Shown piece after piece: positions 20,000 to 30,562 of a stretch of 64,000 nucleotides of DNA. The position numbers were made by a program, and so were the translations under genes. A model generated the notes under the pieces. The model saw nothing but the letters and a program-made list of their open reading frames with translations. It did not search any database and was not told the DNA's origin. Within the stretch, counting starts at the first letter, position 1; each line of letters starts with the position of its first letter. Origin of the DNA: Rikenella microfusus (GTDB lineage: Bacteria > Bacteroidota > Bacteroidia > Bacteroidales > VadinHA17); NCBI GenBank assembly GCA_022736275.1, contig DZBJ01000008.1:33334-97333 (forward strand), given 5' to 3'.

Positions 20000-20863
20000 T
20001 CAGAAGAAAATGTACTGTGCCGGGTCAAGGGGTTCTCCGTTATGCCACAGTTCAAAATGGAGATGCGGACCCGAGGTGTAAAGCTCGCCTGAGTCACCGA
20101 CGATTGAGATGGCCTCACCGGCCCAGACCCTGTCACCCATCTCCTTGAGGAGCCTGGCGTTGTGCTTGTAGACGGAGACAATATTATTGCTGTGCTGGAT
20201 CATCATCACAAATCCTGTCTCCATGGTCCATCCTGTCAGAATAACCGTACCGTCAAGGGTGGATGAGACCACTGCCTTGGGCTGAGTGACAATATCGGTG
20301 GCGTAATGCCGGGTGCGAAGGTCAAAGTTACTTGACACAATTCCTTTTACGGGAGGGAAGAAATGGATGCTGGCCAGGCTGGTGCCCCTCACCGAACCGG
20401 TCGTTCCGGAGTTGAGACTGTACTTCTCCTCCTGCTCTACCCTTGATCTGAAGAGTGAGTCCTCGGGGGACCTCCTTAAGTCTATGCTGCTGTAGTCGCG
20501 GGTGCTGTCACGCATGATCACCTGCCCGATGGGTTGCCTGCCGGAGATGACATCATTCAGATCACTGAAGTACTTATCCCTGATGGCCAGTTCGTGCTCA
20601 AGGGAGTCGAGCATGAGGGCGTTCATGATTATGTTACGCCGCATAGCAACATCAGGGTATCCGGGGATGAATTCGCGCAGGTTGGTGAAGGCTATCAGCG
20701 AGGTGTTCATGCCTATGATAAACAGGAACAGAAGGGTTGCTGCCAGCAACGCGTTTGATTTGGTAAGACGTATGCGCCAAACCTCCTCATAGGTTGTGTC
20801 ATTGAAAATGGCGAACCTGAACTTGTCGCGCCATGTCCCCTTCCTTTTTTCGTTCTTAGCCAT
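20000..20863 (-). CDS. M23-family metallopeptidase
   Basis: HYATD, YKH and SGPHLHFELW motifs; N-terminal TM helix; start set at ATG 20863 because a TATCTTTG element lies at 20885-20892 (minus). Confidence 0.88.
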   Translation of the reverse strand: MAKNEKRKGTWRDKFRFAIFNDTTYEEVWRIRLTKSNALLAATLLFLFIIGMNTSLIAFTNLREFIPGYPDVAMRRNIIMNALMLDSLEHELAIRDKYFSDLNDVISGRQPIGQVIMRDSTRDYSSIDLRRSPEDSLFRSRVEQEEKYSLNSGTTGSVRGTSLASIHFFPPVKGIVSSNFDLRTRHYATDIVTQPKAVVSSTLDGTVILTGWTMETGFVMMIQHSNNIVSVYKHNARLLKEMGDRVWAGEAISIVGDSGELYTSGPHLHFELWHNGEPLDPAQYIFF

Positions 20864-20920
20864 CTGAAAACTGATCCGAAGGCACAAAGATAGTAATCAA
20901 GTTGGGAATTGCTATGTCGA

Positions 20921-20993
20921 AGTCCTCAGTCTTCAGTCACCAGTCTTCAGTCATCTGATTGACTGCCGACTGCCGACTGCCAACTGCCGACTG
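20921..20993. repeat. inverted arrays of 7-bp tandem repeats
   Basis: AGTCCTC AGTCTTC AGTCACC AGTCTTC AGTC ... GACTGCC GACTGCC GACTGCC AACTGCC GACTG; CAGTC/GACTG cores are complementary. Confidence 0.8.
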
Positions 20994-20996
20994 GAA

Positions 20997-22862
20997 TCAC
21001 CATCCTATGCCGTAATCCTCGCCGTAGTTGCTTGAGCCTCCCCAGAAGGTGCCGTGAGCCCAATCAAATCCGATGGCATTCACCGGGCCCGATGTGCGCT
21101 CCTGGAATGAGAGACGGTAGCCCATCGCTGCCAGCTCCTTCCTCACCCATGCCGGCATGCTGCTGTTGAGAACCAGTCCACCGGCAACCTTTTCATGCTC
21201 GCCGAAGCTTGAATACATCTGCAGCGTCTTGAATGAGGGTGCCTCGCAGGCCTCCTGCACTGTCATGCCGAACTCAGCCACGTTCAGGAAGAACTGCAGC
21301 AGGAGCTGATCCTGCTCGTCTCCGCCCTGCTTGGCGAAAGCCAGGAAAGGTTTTCCGTCTTTCATAGCCAGTGAAGGTGTAAGGGTCACACGCGGCCTCT
21401 TGCCGGGCTCAACCACATTGAAGGGATTCTCCTGCTCATCAAGGACAAAGCTCTGCATCCGCTGGCTCATGCCTATGCCGGTGTTGCCGGCGATGCATGC
21501 AGGGATCCATCCGCCGCTGGGTGTGACGGAGACTACCCATCCCTCCTTGTCGGCGGCCTCAATTGATGTGGTTCCCGACTGAAAAGTACCAAGAAAACGT
21601 TCATACTGGTCAGGGTTGTCGGCCGGATAGATATTCCGCGCCGAAGCCTGCCATGAATTAAGCAGGGTGGCAAATGGATTGCTCTTCCCTTCAAAGGGAT
21701 AGGGATCACCCGGACGGACATCAGGGTCATTCCGGTCAGTGTTGATCAGCTTTGCGCGTTCGCGGGCATACTCCTTCGAGAGCAGTCCTGCCATCGGTTC
21801 TTCAGGCGGAAAGGCCGGATCACCATAATAGAAGTCGCGGTCAGCATACGCCAGGTTCATCGCCTGGTAGAGGGTATGTATATACTTTACGGAATTATAT
21901 CCCATCTCCTTCAGGTTGAAGTTTTCAAGGATGTTAAGCGTCTGAAGCATCACCGGCCCCTGTGTCCACGGCTGCAGCTTGTACACCTTGATGCCCCTGT
22001 ATTCGGTCATCACCGGCTCCTCGATCTTTACCTGCCACTTCGCCAGGTCGTCAGCAGTGATCAGACCTCCCTGCTCCAGGCAACCCCTTGAAAACTCAGC
22101 GCCTATGTCGCCTTTGTAGAAGCGGTCATAGGCAGCGTAGATGGCCTCCTTCCTCGATTTCTTCTTTTTCAGCGCCTGCTGCTCGGCTTCCACCAGCTTT
22201 GTCATCGTGGCCAGCAGATCATTCTGTACAAATATCTCTCCGGCAGAGGGAGCCTCACGCTCCTCGCCGGCATGCGGCAGGAACACCTTTGCTGAGTAGG
22301 GCCACTCGCTGATGCGGCGCTTATTGCGTTCTATCGAGTTGGCTGTCTGGGCTTCAATCGGATAGCCTTCTGCCATCTGCATGGCAGGTGCCAGCACCTC
22401 CTTCAGGCTCATGGTGCCGTACTCGGCAAGCATAACCATTAATCCCCCGGGAGTTCCCGGTGTTACCGCGGCCAGCGGCCCGTACTCCGGAGGGTATTTG
22501 TAGCCCTTCGACTTGTAGAACTCGGCTGTGGCGCCGGTGGGTGCCACACCCAGGGCGTTGATGGCTATGACTTCCCCGGTGTTGGGATTATAGATGAGCG
22601 CCTGCGTCTCACCTCCCCAGCTGAGCACGTCCCACATTGTGCATGCGGCCGCCAGCATTGCACAGGCGGCATCGACGGCGTTGCCGCCGCGGTCGAAGAT
22701 CATGGCGCCGGCGGTGGCCGCCAGTGGCTTGCCCGTGACCGCCATCCAGTGCCTGCCGTGAAGCGGCGGCTTCTGCGTGGTGACGGGGAAGGTGTTGAAT
22801 GACTGTGCATCTGTCATGATGAAGAGGCTTAATAAACTGATGGAGAGAATGATTTTTTTCAT
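20997..22862 (-). CDS. ggt: gamma-glutamyltransferase family protein (exported)
   Basis: signal peptide; GGNAVDAA, AVTPG, Thr-nucleophile region GTTSIEAAD, EPGKRPRVTLTP. Confidence 0.85.
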   Translation of the reverse strand: MKKIILSISLLSLFIMTDAQSFNTFPVTTQKPPLHGRHWMAVTGKPLAATAGAMIFDRGGNAVDAACAMLAAACTMWDVLSWGGETQALIYNPNTGEVIAINALGVAPTGATAEFYKSKGYKYPPEYGPLAAVTPGTPGGLMVMLAEYGTMSLKEVLAPAMQMAEGYPIEAQTANSIERNKRRISEWPYSAKVFLPHAGEEREAPSAGEIFVQNDLLATMTKLVEAEQQALKKKKSRKEAIYAAYDRFYKGDIGAEFSRGCLEQGGLITADDLAKWQVKIEEPVMTEYRGIKVYKLQPWTQGPVMLQTLNILENFNLKEMGYNSVKYIHTLYQAMNLAYADRDFYYGDPAFPPEEPMAGLLSKEYARERAKLINTDRNDPDVRPGDPYPFEGKSNPFATLLNSWQASARNIYPADNPDQYERFLGTFQSGTTSIEAADKEGWVVSVTPSGGWIPACIAGNTGIGMSQRMQSFVLDEQENPFNVVEPGKRPRVTLTPSLAMKDGKPFLAFAKQGGDEQDQLLLQFFLNVAEFGMTVQEACEAPSFKTLQMYSSFGEHEKVAGGLVLNSSMPAWVRKELAAMGYRLSFQERTSGPVNAIGFDWAHGTFWGGSSNYGEDYGIGW

Positions 22863-23042
22863 GGTATTTCGTCTTCAGATGTCCCAGGTTTCGTCTGCCG
22901 GCGACAACCGCAATTTCGCAAATTAAATCTATATAAAAAGAGCCGGTATTAAAAAACCGTAATCAACGATTCCTCTCCTCATTCTCTAATACTCCCATAA
23001 AATAAATAACTTGCATATGGAAAACCAATCAATGATACGGAA

Positions 23043-23768
23043 ATGAAAAAAATCACAACTCTCTTATCGGTTCTGTTACTGTGTACAGGAATCTCACTCA
23101 CCGCACAATCACTGGATGACGTTCTCAAAGATCACTTTTCTGCCACGGGTCAGGATAACCTGCTGAAAACGAATTCGCAGAAAGTAACCGGCAAAATGGT
23201 TCAGAGCGGTCTTGAAATACCATTCGTCCAGATGACCAAACGCCCCGGAAAAGTTCGCATCGAAGCTGCACTGCAGAATCTTACCCTGATCCAGACATTC
23301 AACGGCACGGAGGGATGGACAATCAATCCCTTTGCCGGCGTGACCGATCCTCAGCCGATGTCGGAAGATGAGGTCAAGTCGATGAAATACAACTCGGATA
23401 TGGACGGGATGCTATGGAACTGGAAAGAGAAGGGATATACCGTTACACTTGTGGGAGAGGAGGATATGGAGGGGACACCCTGTTATGTCATTAAAATCGT
23501 GACCGGCACAGGCGATACATTTACATACTATATCGACTCCGATACCTCGATCATGCTGCGCTCAAACAGCAAAATGATGATGATGGGCAATGAGAGCGAG
23601 AGTGATACATATTTCAGCAATTACATGATGGTTGACGGCATCGCCGTTCCCGGAAAGATTGAAACAAAGATGCAGGGTCAGGTCGTGATGACTCTCGTGG
23701 TTGACAAAGTTGAATTGAACATCGACTTTGATGATTCCCTCTTTGAAAAACCTGTTGCAAAACAGTAA
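23043..23768 (+). CDS. LolA-like / outer-membrane lipoprotein-sorting family exported protein
   Basis: signal peptide; KRPGKVRIE, FNGTEGW, YYIDSDT, FSNYMMVDGIAVP and ELNIDFDDSLF pattern. Confidence 0.65.
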   Translation: MKKITTLLSVLLLCTGISLTAQSLDDVLKDHFSATGQDNLLKTNSQKVTGKMVQSGLEIPFVQMTKRPGKVRIEAALQNLTLIQTFNGTEGWTINPFAGVTDPQPMSEDEVKSMKYNSDMDGMLWNWKEKGYTVTLVGEEDMEGTPCYVIKIVTGTGDTFTYYIDSDTSIMLRSNSKMMMMGNESESDTYFSNYMMVDGIAVPGKIETKMQGQVVMTLVVDKVELNIDFDDSLFEKPVAKQ

Positions 23769-23801
23769 TAATCAAATCTCACAAACTACTAATCTGTCGT
23801 C

Positions 23802-26800
23802 ATGAACCTCAGGCACCTTTTCATTGGTATAACCTGGCTGGCCTGCATCACAGGACTTCGGGGCCAGGTCACTGAAGCAACTTTCGGAGATTTTGCAGGA
23901 AGACATATCGGACCTGCAAGGATGAGTGGACGAATCTCGTGCATTGACGCCGAAATAAAAAATCCTGATGTCGTCTGGGTCGGAGCTGCCGGCGGAGGAG
24001 TCTGGAAATCAATAAACAGGGGAACAACCTTCAAATCCGTGTTCGATGAATACCCTCAGTCAGCAGGCACCATCGCCATTGACCAGAACCATCCTGATAC
24101 AGTCTGGGTTGGCACCGGGGAGGTCTGGACCCGCAACAGCGTTTCCGTCGGAACGGGTATATACAAAACAACAGACGGAGGTGAGAAATGGGAGTTCATG
24201 GGCCTTCCCAAAAGTGAACGGATCGGCCGTATACTTATCGATCCGGTTAATTCTGATATTGTTTATGCCGCCGTACTTGGGGCGTTGTGGGGAGACAGCG
24301 AAGAGAGAGGTGTTTATAAAACCACCGACGGAGGCAAATCATGGACCAGGCTGCTGTATGTTAATCCCTCAGCCGGTTGTGCTGAAATAGCGATGGAGCC
24401 CGGTGATCCCTCGGTGATATATGCCTCAATGTGGGACTTCAGGCGTGAAGCCCATACATTCAGGTCAGGAGGACCCGGCAGCGGACTCTACAGGTCAACT
24501 GACGGCGGGACAACATGGGATAATATCCATAACGGATTGCCATCAGGAACACTTGGGAGAATAGCCATTGCCGTATCACCTGTAAAACCGCACTACCTTT
24601 ATGCCCTGGTGGAGTCGGAAAAGTCAGCTCTCTACCGCTCGTCAGACAGGGGATCATCATGGGAGAAGATGAGCGACCAGTACATGATGAGTGACAGACC
24701 ATTTTACTATAGTCTGATCGTCCCGGATCCGGTTGAACCTGAGCGCATATACAAACCCGGAACGATGCTGTGGGTAAGCACCAGCGGCGGGAAAGTGTTC
24801 CAGAGTCCGTCAGTGACCGGCGGCAGATACCACAGTGACACACATGCTCTGTGGGTGAACCCGGCCAATAACCGTTTCATGTACATGGGTACGGACGGGG
24901 GTGTTTACATATCGGAAGACAAGGGCAATACCTGGAGATTTGTTGAGAGCCTGCCTGTCTCCCAGTTTTACCATGTAAGTGTTGACAACGAATCTCCCTA
25001 CAATGTTTACGGAGGCCTCCAGGATAACGGTTCATGGATGGGTCCCTCCAGAAAACCCGGAGGTATTACCAACTCCGACTGGAAAAATATCGGTTACGGC
25101 GATGGCTTCTACACCTATGCTGACATGACGGAACCCGATGTGGTCTATTCCCAGTACCAGGGAGGCAGGATCAGCCGCTCCAATTACAGGACAGGCGACA
25201 GCAAGTATATCAAACCCTTCCCCGGGGAGGGTGTCGGTGAACTGAGATTTAACTGGAACACACCGTCGGTCTTCGGCAAAAAGACAGGATGGCTCTACGT
25301 CGGGGCACAGTACCTGTTCCGTTCAAAGGACCGGGGAGATTCTTTCGAAAGAATCTCACCTGATCTGACCACAAATGATCCCTCGCGCCAGCAGCAGGAG
25401 AAATCCGGCGGACTTACAATTGATAACAGCACTGCCGAAAACAATACAACCATTTTTACCGTCTCCGAGTCACCCTTTGATGAAAATATTATCTGGGCGG
25501 GCACTGACGACGGAAAGATTCAGCTTACGACTGACGGAGGAAAAAACTGGACCAGGCTGAACGATGCCGTTCCCGGTCTGCCTGCTTATGCATTCATTTC
25601 ACATATCGACGCCGACAATTTCAACAAGGAGGGGGCCTGGGTGACTGTTGATGCTCACCGCAACGGCGACATGAACCCTTACGTTTATTATACCGGTGAC
25701 CTGGGCAAGACCTGGACCTCACTTGCAACCGCAGATATAAAGGGATTCTGCCACGTCATCAAACAGGATCCCGTCAATCCTGACCTGGTCTTTCTCGGGA
25801 CCGAAATGGGGTTATTTGTGAGCACAGATCATGGCAAGATTTGGGTAAGGATTAAAAACAAGGTGCCCCAGACAGGCATTTATGATATCGCATTCCAGAA
25901 GAGGGAATGTGATCTTGTTCTTGCGACACACGGTCGCGGCATCATCATAATAGACGATATCACACCCCTGCGGCATCTCACCAGGGAGGTCCTCGATCAG
26001 GAGTTTGCCTTCCTGCCTGTCCGCCCCCACTATTTCCCGTCCGGCATGGGATCGCAGGATTTCCCCGGTGATGCTGAATTTACAGGGACCAATGCTTCAT
26101 CGGCGGCCACTGTTGCCTACTACCTCAAAAAGAGACATGTCTTCGGTGACATGTTCCTGGAGATTTATGACAGTGAGGGAACATTCCTTAAAAAACTTCC
26201 TGCCGGGAACCGCAAAGGAATCAATATTGTCCGTGTTGCCACCTCGATTGATCCGCCGAAGGTGCCCAAATCACCAAATATTCTGGGAGAAGCGGCATTC
26301 GGGCCTGATTATCCTGCCGGGAAATACACTGTAAAACTGGTTAAGGGAACAGAGACCTATCCCACAGAACTGATCCTTAGTGACAGTCCTGACTGGAAAC
26401 ATACGGAAGCCGACAGGAAGCTTCAGCGGGAGACACTAATGAGAGCCTATGCTCTGCTTGAAGAGCTTGCCTCCGTTGATCAGAAGATACTTGATGCCAG
26501 GGATACGCTGAAAAAAAGGGAGGCTACAGCCAGGGGTTCTGCCCTGAAAAAAACCAAAAGCCTGATTGCAGTCTGTGAGGAGATGCATGAAAAGATCTCG
26601 GCCACGCAGTCAGGTGAGGGCGGAATAACAGGGCAGGTGAGGCTTCGCGAGAACATCGGCGAGATCTACGGCGCTGTTGCCGGATATCCCGGTAAACCTG
26701 CTGATCTTCAGATAAGGGCACTTGATAATTATACGCGCCAGGTAAAGGATTTTGGAGAGAGGATCGAAAACATGATCGCCAAAGAAATGCCGGGATTAAT

Positions 26801-26807
26801 CAAATAA
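23802..26807 (+). CDS. VPS10/sortilin-like BNR-repeat beta-propeller protein
   Basis: signal peptide; IGPARMSGRI start; many Asp-box S/T-x-D-x-G-x-T/S-W repeats; GGLQDNGSW; C-terminal helical tail. Confidence 0.85.
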   Translation: MNLRHLFIGITWLACITGLRGQVTEATFGDFAGRHIGPARMSGRISCIDAEIKNPDVVWVGAAGGGVWKSINRGTTFKSVFDEYPQSAGTIAIDQNHPDTVWVGTGEVWTRNSVSVGTGIYKTTDGGEKWEFMGLPKSERIGRILIDPVNSDIVYAAVLGALWGDSEERGVYKTTDGGKSWTRLLYVNPSAGCAEIAMEPGDPSVIYASMWDFRREAHTFRSGGPGSGLYRSTDGGTTWDNIHNGLPSGTLGRIAIAVSPVKPHYLYALVESEKSALYRSSDRGSSWEKMSDQYMMSDRPFYYSLIVPDPVEPERIYKPGTMLWVSTSGGKVFQSPSVTGGRYHSDTHALWVNPANNRFMYMGTDGGVYISEDKGNTWRFVESLPVSQFYHVSVDNESPYNVYGGLQDNGSWMGPSRKPGGITNSDWKNIGYGDGFYTYADMTEPDVVYSQYQGGRISRSNYRTGDSKYIKPFPGEGVGELRFNWNTPSVFGKKTGWLYVGAQYLFRSKDRGDSFERISPDLTTNDPSRQQQEKSGGLTIDNSTAENNTTIFTVSESPFDENIIWAGTDDGKIQLTTDGGKNWTRLNDAVPGLPAYAFISHIDADNFNKEGAWVTVDAHRNGDMNPYVYYTGDLGKTWTSLATADIKGFCHVIKQDPVNPDLVFLGTEMGLFVSTDHGKIWVRIKNKVPQTGIYDIAFQKRECDLVLATHGRGIIIIDDITPLRHLTREVLDQEFAFLPVRPHYFPSGMGSQDFPGDAEFTGTNASSAATVAYYLKKRHVFGDMFLEIYDSEGTFLKKLPAGNRKGINIVRVATSIDPPKVPKSPNILGEAAFGPDYPAGKYTVKLVKGTETYPTELILSDSPDWKHTEADRKLQRETLMRAYALLEELASVDQKILDARDTLKKREATARGSALKKTKSLIAVCEEMHEKISATQSGEGGITGQVRLRENIGEIYGAVAGYPGKPADLQIRALDNYTRQVKDFGERIENMIAKEMPGLIK

Positions 26808-26830
26808 CAGAATTGGATTAAGAGTCTCAG

Positions 26831-26863
26831 AACCGCAAAGTTCATATTACTTTGCGGTTTTTT
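26831..26863 (+). terminator. intrinsic terminator
   Basis: AACCGCAAAG...CTTTGCGGTT followed by a T-tract. Confidence 0.7.
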
Positions 26864-26952
26864 TGAGTAGTCCTGTAAAACCGGGGCGTAGTAAACAATA
26901 TGAAATCACTGATGTTATTTCGGTGAGTAAAGTAATCATTTTGGAGTGAACA

Positions 26953-27570
26953 ATGAACGGATTTGACATAAAGGCAAAAGAGTGGGACATGAGCGCCATG
27001 CGCAGGGAACGTGCAGAAACGATTGCAGGCGAGATCGTTAAACAGATACCTCTCTCCCACGACATGACAGCAATGGAATTCGGGGCAGGCACCGGGCTCC
27101 TCAGCTTCATCCTGAAAGATCATCTAAATGAGATCACCCTCATCGACAACTCGGAAGGAATGGTGAAGGTTCTTACGGAAAAGGTGATGACGTCAAAAGC
27201 CGAGAACCTCAGAGTTTGTAAGGCTGACCTTGAACATGAGGATTTTCCGGGAGGCCGTTTTGATTTCATATATACCCTGATGGTGCTTCATCACGTTGGG
27301 GATTTGGAAACCATTGTTAAAAAGTTTTATGACCTCCTCAAACCGGGTGGTTACCTGGCAATTGCCGACCTGTACAGTGAGGACGGGTCATTTCACGGCG
27401 AGGGCTTCAACGGTCACCTGGGATTTGATCCCGTGAAACTACCGGCACTGCTGGCGAATTGCGGATTCACAGGGATACGCCATAGAAAGGTCTATGTCAT
27501 CGACAAAAAAATATCAGAGAACATAAGCAAGAAGTTCGATGTGTTCCTGATGACTGCAACACGTATTTAG
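26953..27570 (+). CDS. class I SAM-dependent methyltransferase
   Basis: MEFGAGTG motif I, LMVLHHV, LKPGGYLAIAD. Confidence 0.88.
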   Translation: MNGFDIKAKEWDMSAMRRERAETIAGEIVKQIPLSHDMTAMEFGAGTGLLSFILKDHLNEITLIDNSEGMVKVLTEKVMTSKAENLRVCKADLEHEDFPGGRFDFIYTLMVLHHVGDLETIVKKFYDLLKPGGYLAIADLYSEDGSFHGEGFNGHLGFDPVKLPALLANCGFTGIRHRKVYVIDKKISENISKKFDVFLMTATRI

Positions 27571-27672
27571 CCGGGGGTCCTGAATAGCTCCGGCATCCCC
27601 CCCCAGACAGCGGCTGCAAGCCCATAACGCACAGTAATTAACCATATAAATAATAAATTAATCCGATCATAA

Positions 27673-28092
27673 ATGGCAAACATGAAGGTAACTCTTGACG
27701 GCGGCAAAGTGGTCACTGCTCATATTAACGGCAAGACAATAAAGACAGATCAGTCAGTCAGGAACGGTGGCGGGGGAACCGCACCCGAGCCTTTTGAACT
27801 GTTTCTTGCATCAATCGGCACCTGCGCAGGAATCTACGTCAAATCATTCTGTGACCAGCGCGGGATACCGGCCGAAGGTATTAGAATAATCCAGTCGGTG
27901 ATTTTTGATATGGAAAAGAGAGTACCCGGGAGAATAAGCCTTGATATTCAGCTGCCTGCAGATTTTCCGGAGAAATACAAGAGTGCGGTGATCAATGCAG
28001 CAGAACTTTGTCTTGTCAAAAAAACCATCGTCAACCCTCCTGAATTTCAGGTGCATACCTCCGTTATTAATACTAATGTCATAAGTCAGTAA
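27673..28092 (+). CDS. OsmC/Ohr-family protein
   Basis: GGGTAPEPFELFLASIGTC plus a second Cys in AAELCLV. Confidence 0.85.
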   Translation: MANMKVTLDGGKVVTAHINGKTIKTDQSVRNGGGGTAPEPFELFLASIGTCAGIYVKSFCDQRGIPAEGIRIIQSVIFDMEKRVPGRISLDIQLPADFPEKYKSAVINAAELCLVKKTIVNPPEFQVHTSVINTNVISQ

Positions 28093-28265
28093 CTGTCTGA
28101 TTCTTTCATGCCAGCCTTAATTTTAACTTTACGGTGATGATTAGCAAAAAATGGAGAATTTGAATTATACGCTGATTGTCACATCGATCAGAATTCTCTG
28201 CAGAGATGAGAATCACCACAGGATTAATATAGATAACAATTTTCAGCGGACTGTGTCCGTACCCC

Positions 28266-29720
28266 CTAATTTCTGCTGAATGACCTGGTGAAGATTGTGA
28301 TGAAGGGGAAGAGCTCAAGGCGGCCCATAATCATAAGAAGTACCATCGTGAGCTTGGAAGTGTCATTGAAATGGGCAAAATTCCCCATGTTACCTGAGGC
28401 CCCAAGACCCGGGCCAATGCCGGCAAGACTGGTCGCACTGGCGCCTGCAGATTCAACAGCCGATATGCCTGATACCTGCATGATCAGACTGCCTGCAATG
28501 AAAACCAGGATATATAGTGAAATGAAAACGGCAACCTGGTTGACAACGCCATCCGGCACAATTCTGTCATTTAGTTTTATGGGAATTACGGCATTCGGGT
28601 GCTGAATTTTTATAAAGGTATTCCTCAGGTTTTTAATTGATATAAGATGCCTGGCCATTTTTATTCCGCCGGTGGTTGAACCGGTGCAGCCCCCGGAGAA
28701 CATCAGCAGGAACATGATAACCACTCCGAACTGAGGGAACGCAGTATAATCAGTCGTTGCAAATCCGGAACATGAAATCTGAGATGCGACCTGGAAAAAG
28801 GCATGTCTGAAGGATAAGGCAAAGTCCCTATCCGTTTTAAAATAAAGGGTGAGTGTGACAATGACAACGCTTGCTGTAAGAAAGAATATATAGAACCATA
28901 ATTCTTCATTTCTGCGCACCTTTCTGAAGTTTCCGACGAGGACATAATAATAGACCACATAGCTCGTGGCCCCGAGAATCATGAAGATAGCTGTGACATA
29001 CTGTATATAGGCCGAATATCCGGCAAGACTAAGGTTTTTTGTTGAAAATCCTCCTGTTGCAACTGTACCGAATGAAGTACATATACTGTCGAACAGATTC
29101 ATATCGCCCACGACAAGAAAGAAAATCTGGGCTACGGTAAGACCGGCATAGATGATCAGAATACGGTATACAATCCCCTTTGTCTTTGGGTGAATCCTCT
29201 CCTTCATTGACGATTCGAGACTGAAAAGCTGATGTCCGGTCACCCTGAGAGATGGTAGTATCAGTATCACCAGCACTATTATCCCGATGCCCCCGATCCA
29301 GTGTGTCAGGCTTCTCCAGAAAAGTATAGAATAAGGGAGACTCTCAACATCAGTTAGTATTGATGCCCCGGTTGTGGAAAAACCTGATGTCGATTCGAAA
29401 AATGCATTAATTGTCGAAGGGATGGCTCCGCTGATAATATAGGGCATGCTGCCGGCAAGCGAGAACAGAACCCAGGCAATGGATACAATCAGAAAAGTAT
29501 CCCTGTTGCTGATTTGCCCCGGATCAGATTTCCTGCCAATAATGCGTAGTAAACCGGAGAAGGCCCCGATTACGGCAGATGACAACAAAAACGGAAACAA
29601 AGGCTCTCGATAAATGAGAGCCACCGGCAGACATAAAAGGAAGGAGCCTGCTTCAATCAGAAAAATTGTGCTAAGAATCCTTGAGATACTCCCTGGATTA
29701 ATCAGCCTCATTTTTGCCAT
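28266..29720 (-). CDS. trkH: TrkH-family potassium uptake membrane protein
   Basis: P-loop motifs FESTSGFSTTG, VATGGFS, ISCSGF; GGCTGSTTGGIK; MGRLE. Confidence 0.93.
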   Translation of the reverse strand: MAKMRLINPGSISRILSTIFLIEAGSFLLCLPVALIYREPLFPFLLSSAVIGAFSGLLRIIGRKSDPGQISNRDTFLIVSIAWVLFSLAGSMPYIISGAIPSTINAFFESTSGFSTTGASILTDVESLPYSILFWRSLTHWIGGIGIIVLVILILPSLRVTGHQLFSLESSMKERIHPKTKGIVYRILIIYAGLTVAQIFFLVVGDMNLFDSICTSFGTVATGGFSTKNLSLAGYSAYIQYVTAIFMILGATSYVVYYYVLVGNFRKVRRNEELWFYIFFLTASVVIVTLTLYFKTDRDFALSFRHAFFQVASQISCSGFATTDYTAFPQFGVVIMFLLMFSGGCTGSTTGGIKMARHLISIKNLRNTFIKIQHPNAVIPIKLNDRIVPDGVVNQVAVFISLYILVFIAGSLIMQVSGISAVESAGASATSLAGIGPGLGASGNMGNFAHFNDTSKLTMVLLMIMGRLELFPFITIFTRSFSRN

Positions 29721-29784
29721 ACTTTTATACGGTACAAAATTGAGGCTTAATCCATAAGCATAAAGTAAAGATTAGACTGGCATA

Positions 29785-29801
29785 TATAAAGATTTTGTAA
29801 A
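29785..29801 (-). promoter_or_regulatory. putative KdpE-binding direct repeat upstream of trkH
   Basis: minus strand TTTACA-AAATC-TTTATA, the same hexamers and 5-bp spacer as the E. coli kdpFABC site (TTTATA-N5-TTTACA) in swapped order. Confidence 0.55.
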
Positions 29802-29878
29802 GACCACGGTGCAGGAAAGATAATCATGCTTGACTTTTTATCAGCACCGGAACCCCTTGCAGACTATTGTCTCAATGA

Positions 29879-30562
29879 TCAGCTGCCAAATCTGTATCCG
29901 ATTCCTGATTCTGTGATCAGGAGAACTGGATTTGCCGGCTTGTCTTCAATCTTTTTCCTGAGCTGGGCAATGAAGACCCTCAGATACTGGGTCTGCTCCA
30001 AATAGCCGTATCCCCATACCTCTTTCAGAATGAACTGATGAGTAAGTACCCGGCCGCTGTTTTTAGCCAGCAGGGCCAGCAATGAAAACTCGGTTATGGT
30101 AAGTCTTACTATTTCCCCTCCTTTACGGACTACATGGCTGATCATATCAATGCTGAGATCACCGAATTCCAGCAGAGGGGTATCCTTTCTCTCTTCACCA
30201 GATCTGATTGCGGCGCGGATCCTGGCAATCAGCTCTCCGCTGCGAAATGGCTTGGTCAGGTAATCATTTGCTCCCCTATCGAGAGCGCTGACAATGTCTT
30301 CCTCCGAATTGCGGACAGATAAAATGATAATTGGTTTGGTGTACCACTCCCTGAGTCTGACCAGCAACTCCAGGCCATCCATATCAGGCAATCCGAGATC
30401 AAGGAGGATCAATTCAGGATGGTGTGTCGCAGCTGCCACCAGACCCTGTTTGCCATTCTCCGCAAAAAAGGTGGTAAACTCATATGCTGACAGTGATATC
30501 TCCAGAAGCCTTCGTATCTGTACCTCATCATCAATGATCAGAATATTTCTGTTCTCTTTCAT
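29879..30562 (-). CDS. kdpE: KdpE-type OmpR-family response regulator
   Basis: IIDDEVQIRRLL, LILLDLGLPD, ANDYLTKPF, TQYLRVFIAQLRKKIE. Confidence 0.9.
   Translation of the reverse strand: MKENRNILIIDDEVQIRRLLEISLSAYEFTTFFAENGKQGLVAAATHHPELILLDLGLPDMDGLELLVRLREWYTKPIIILSVRNSEEDIVSALDRGANDYLTKPFRSGELIARIRAAIRSGEERKDTPLLEFGDLSIDMISHVVRKGGEIVRLTITEFSLLALLAKNSGRVLTHQFILKEVWGYGYLEQTQYLRVFIAQLRKKIEDKPANPVLLITESGIGYRFGS

Noticed and set aside
20921-20993. Possible CRISPR array
   Set aside because: Units are 7 bp with no unique spacers, and there are no cas genes in the window.
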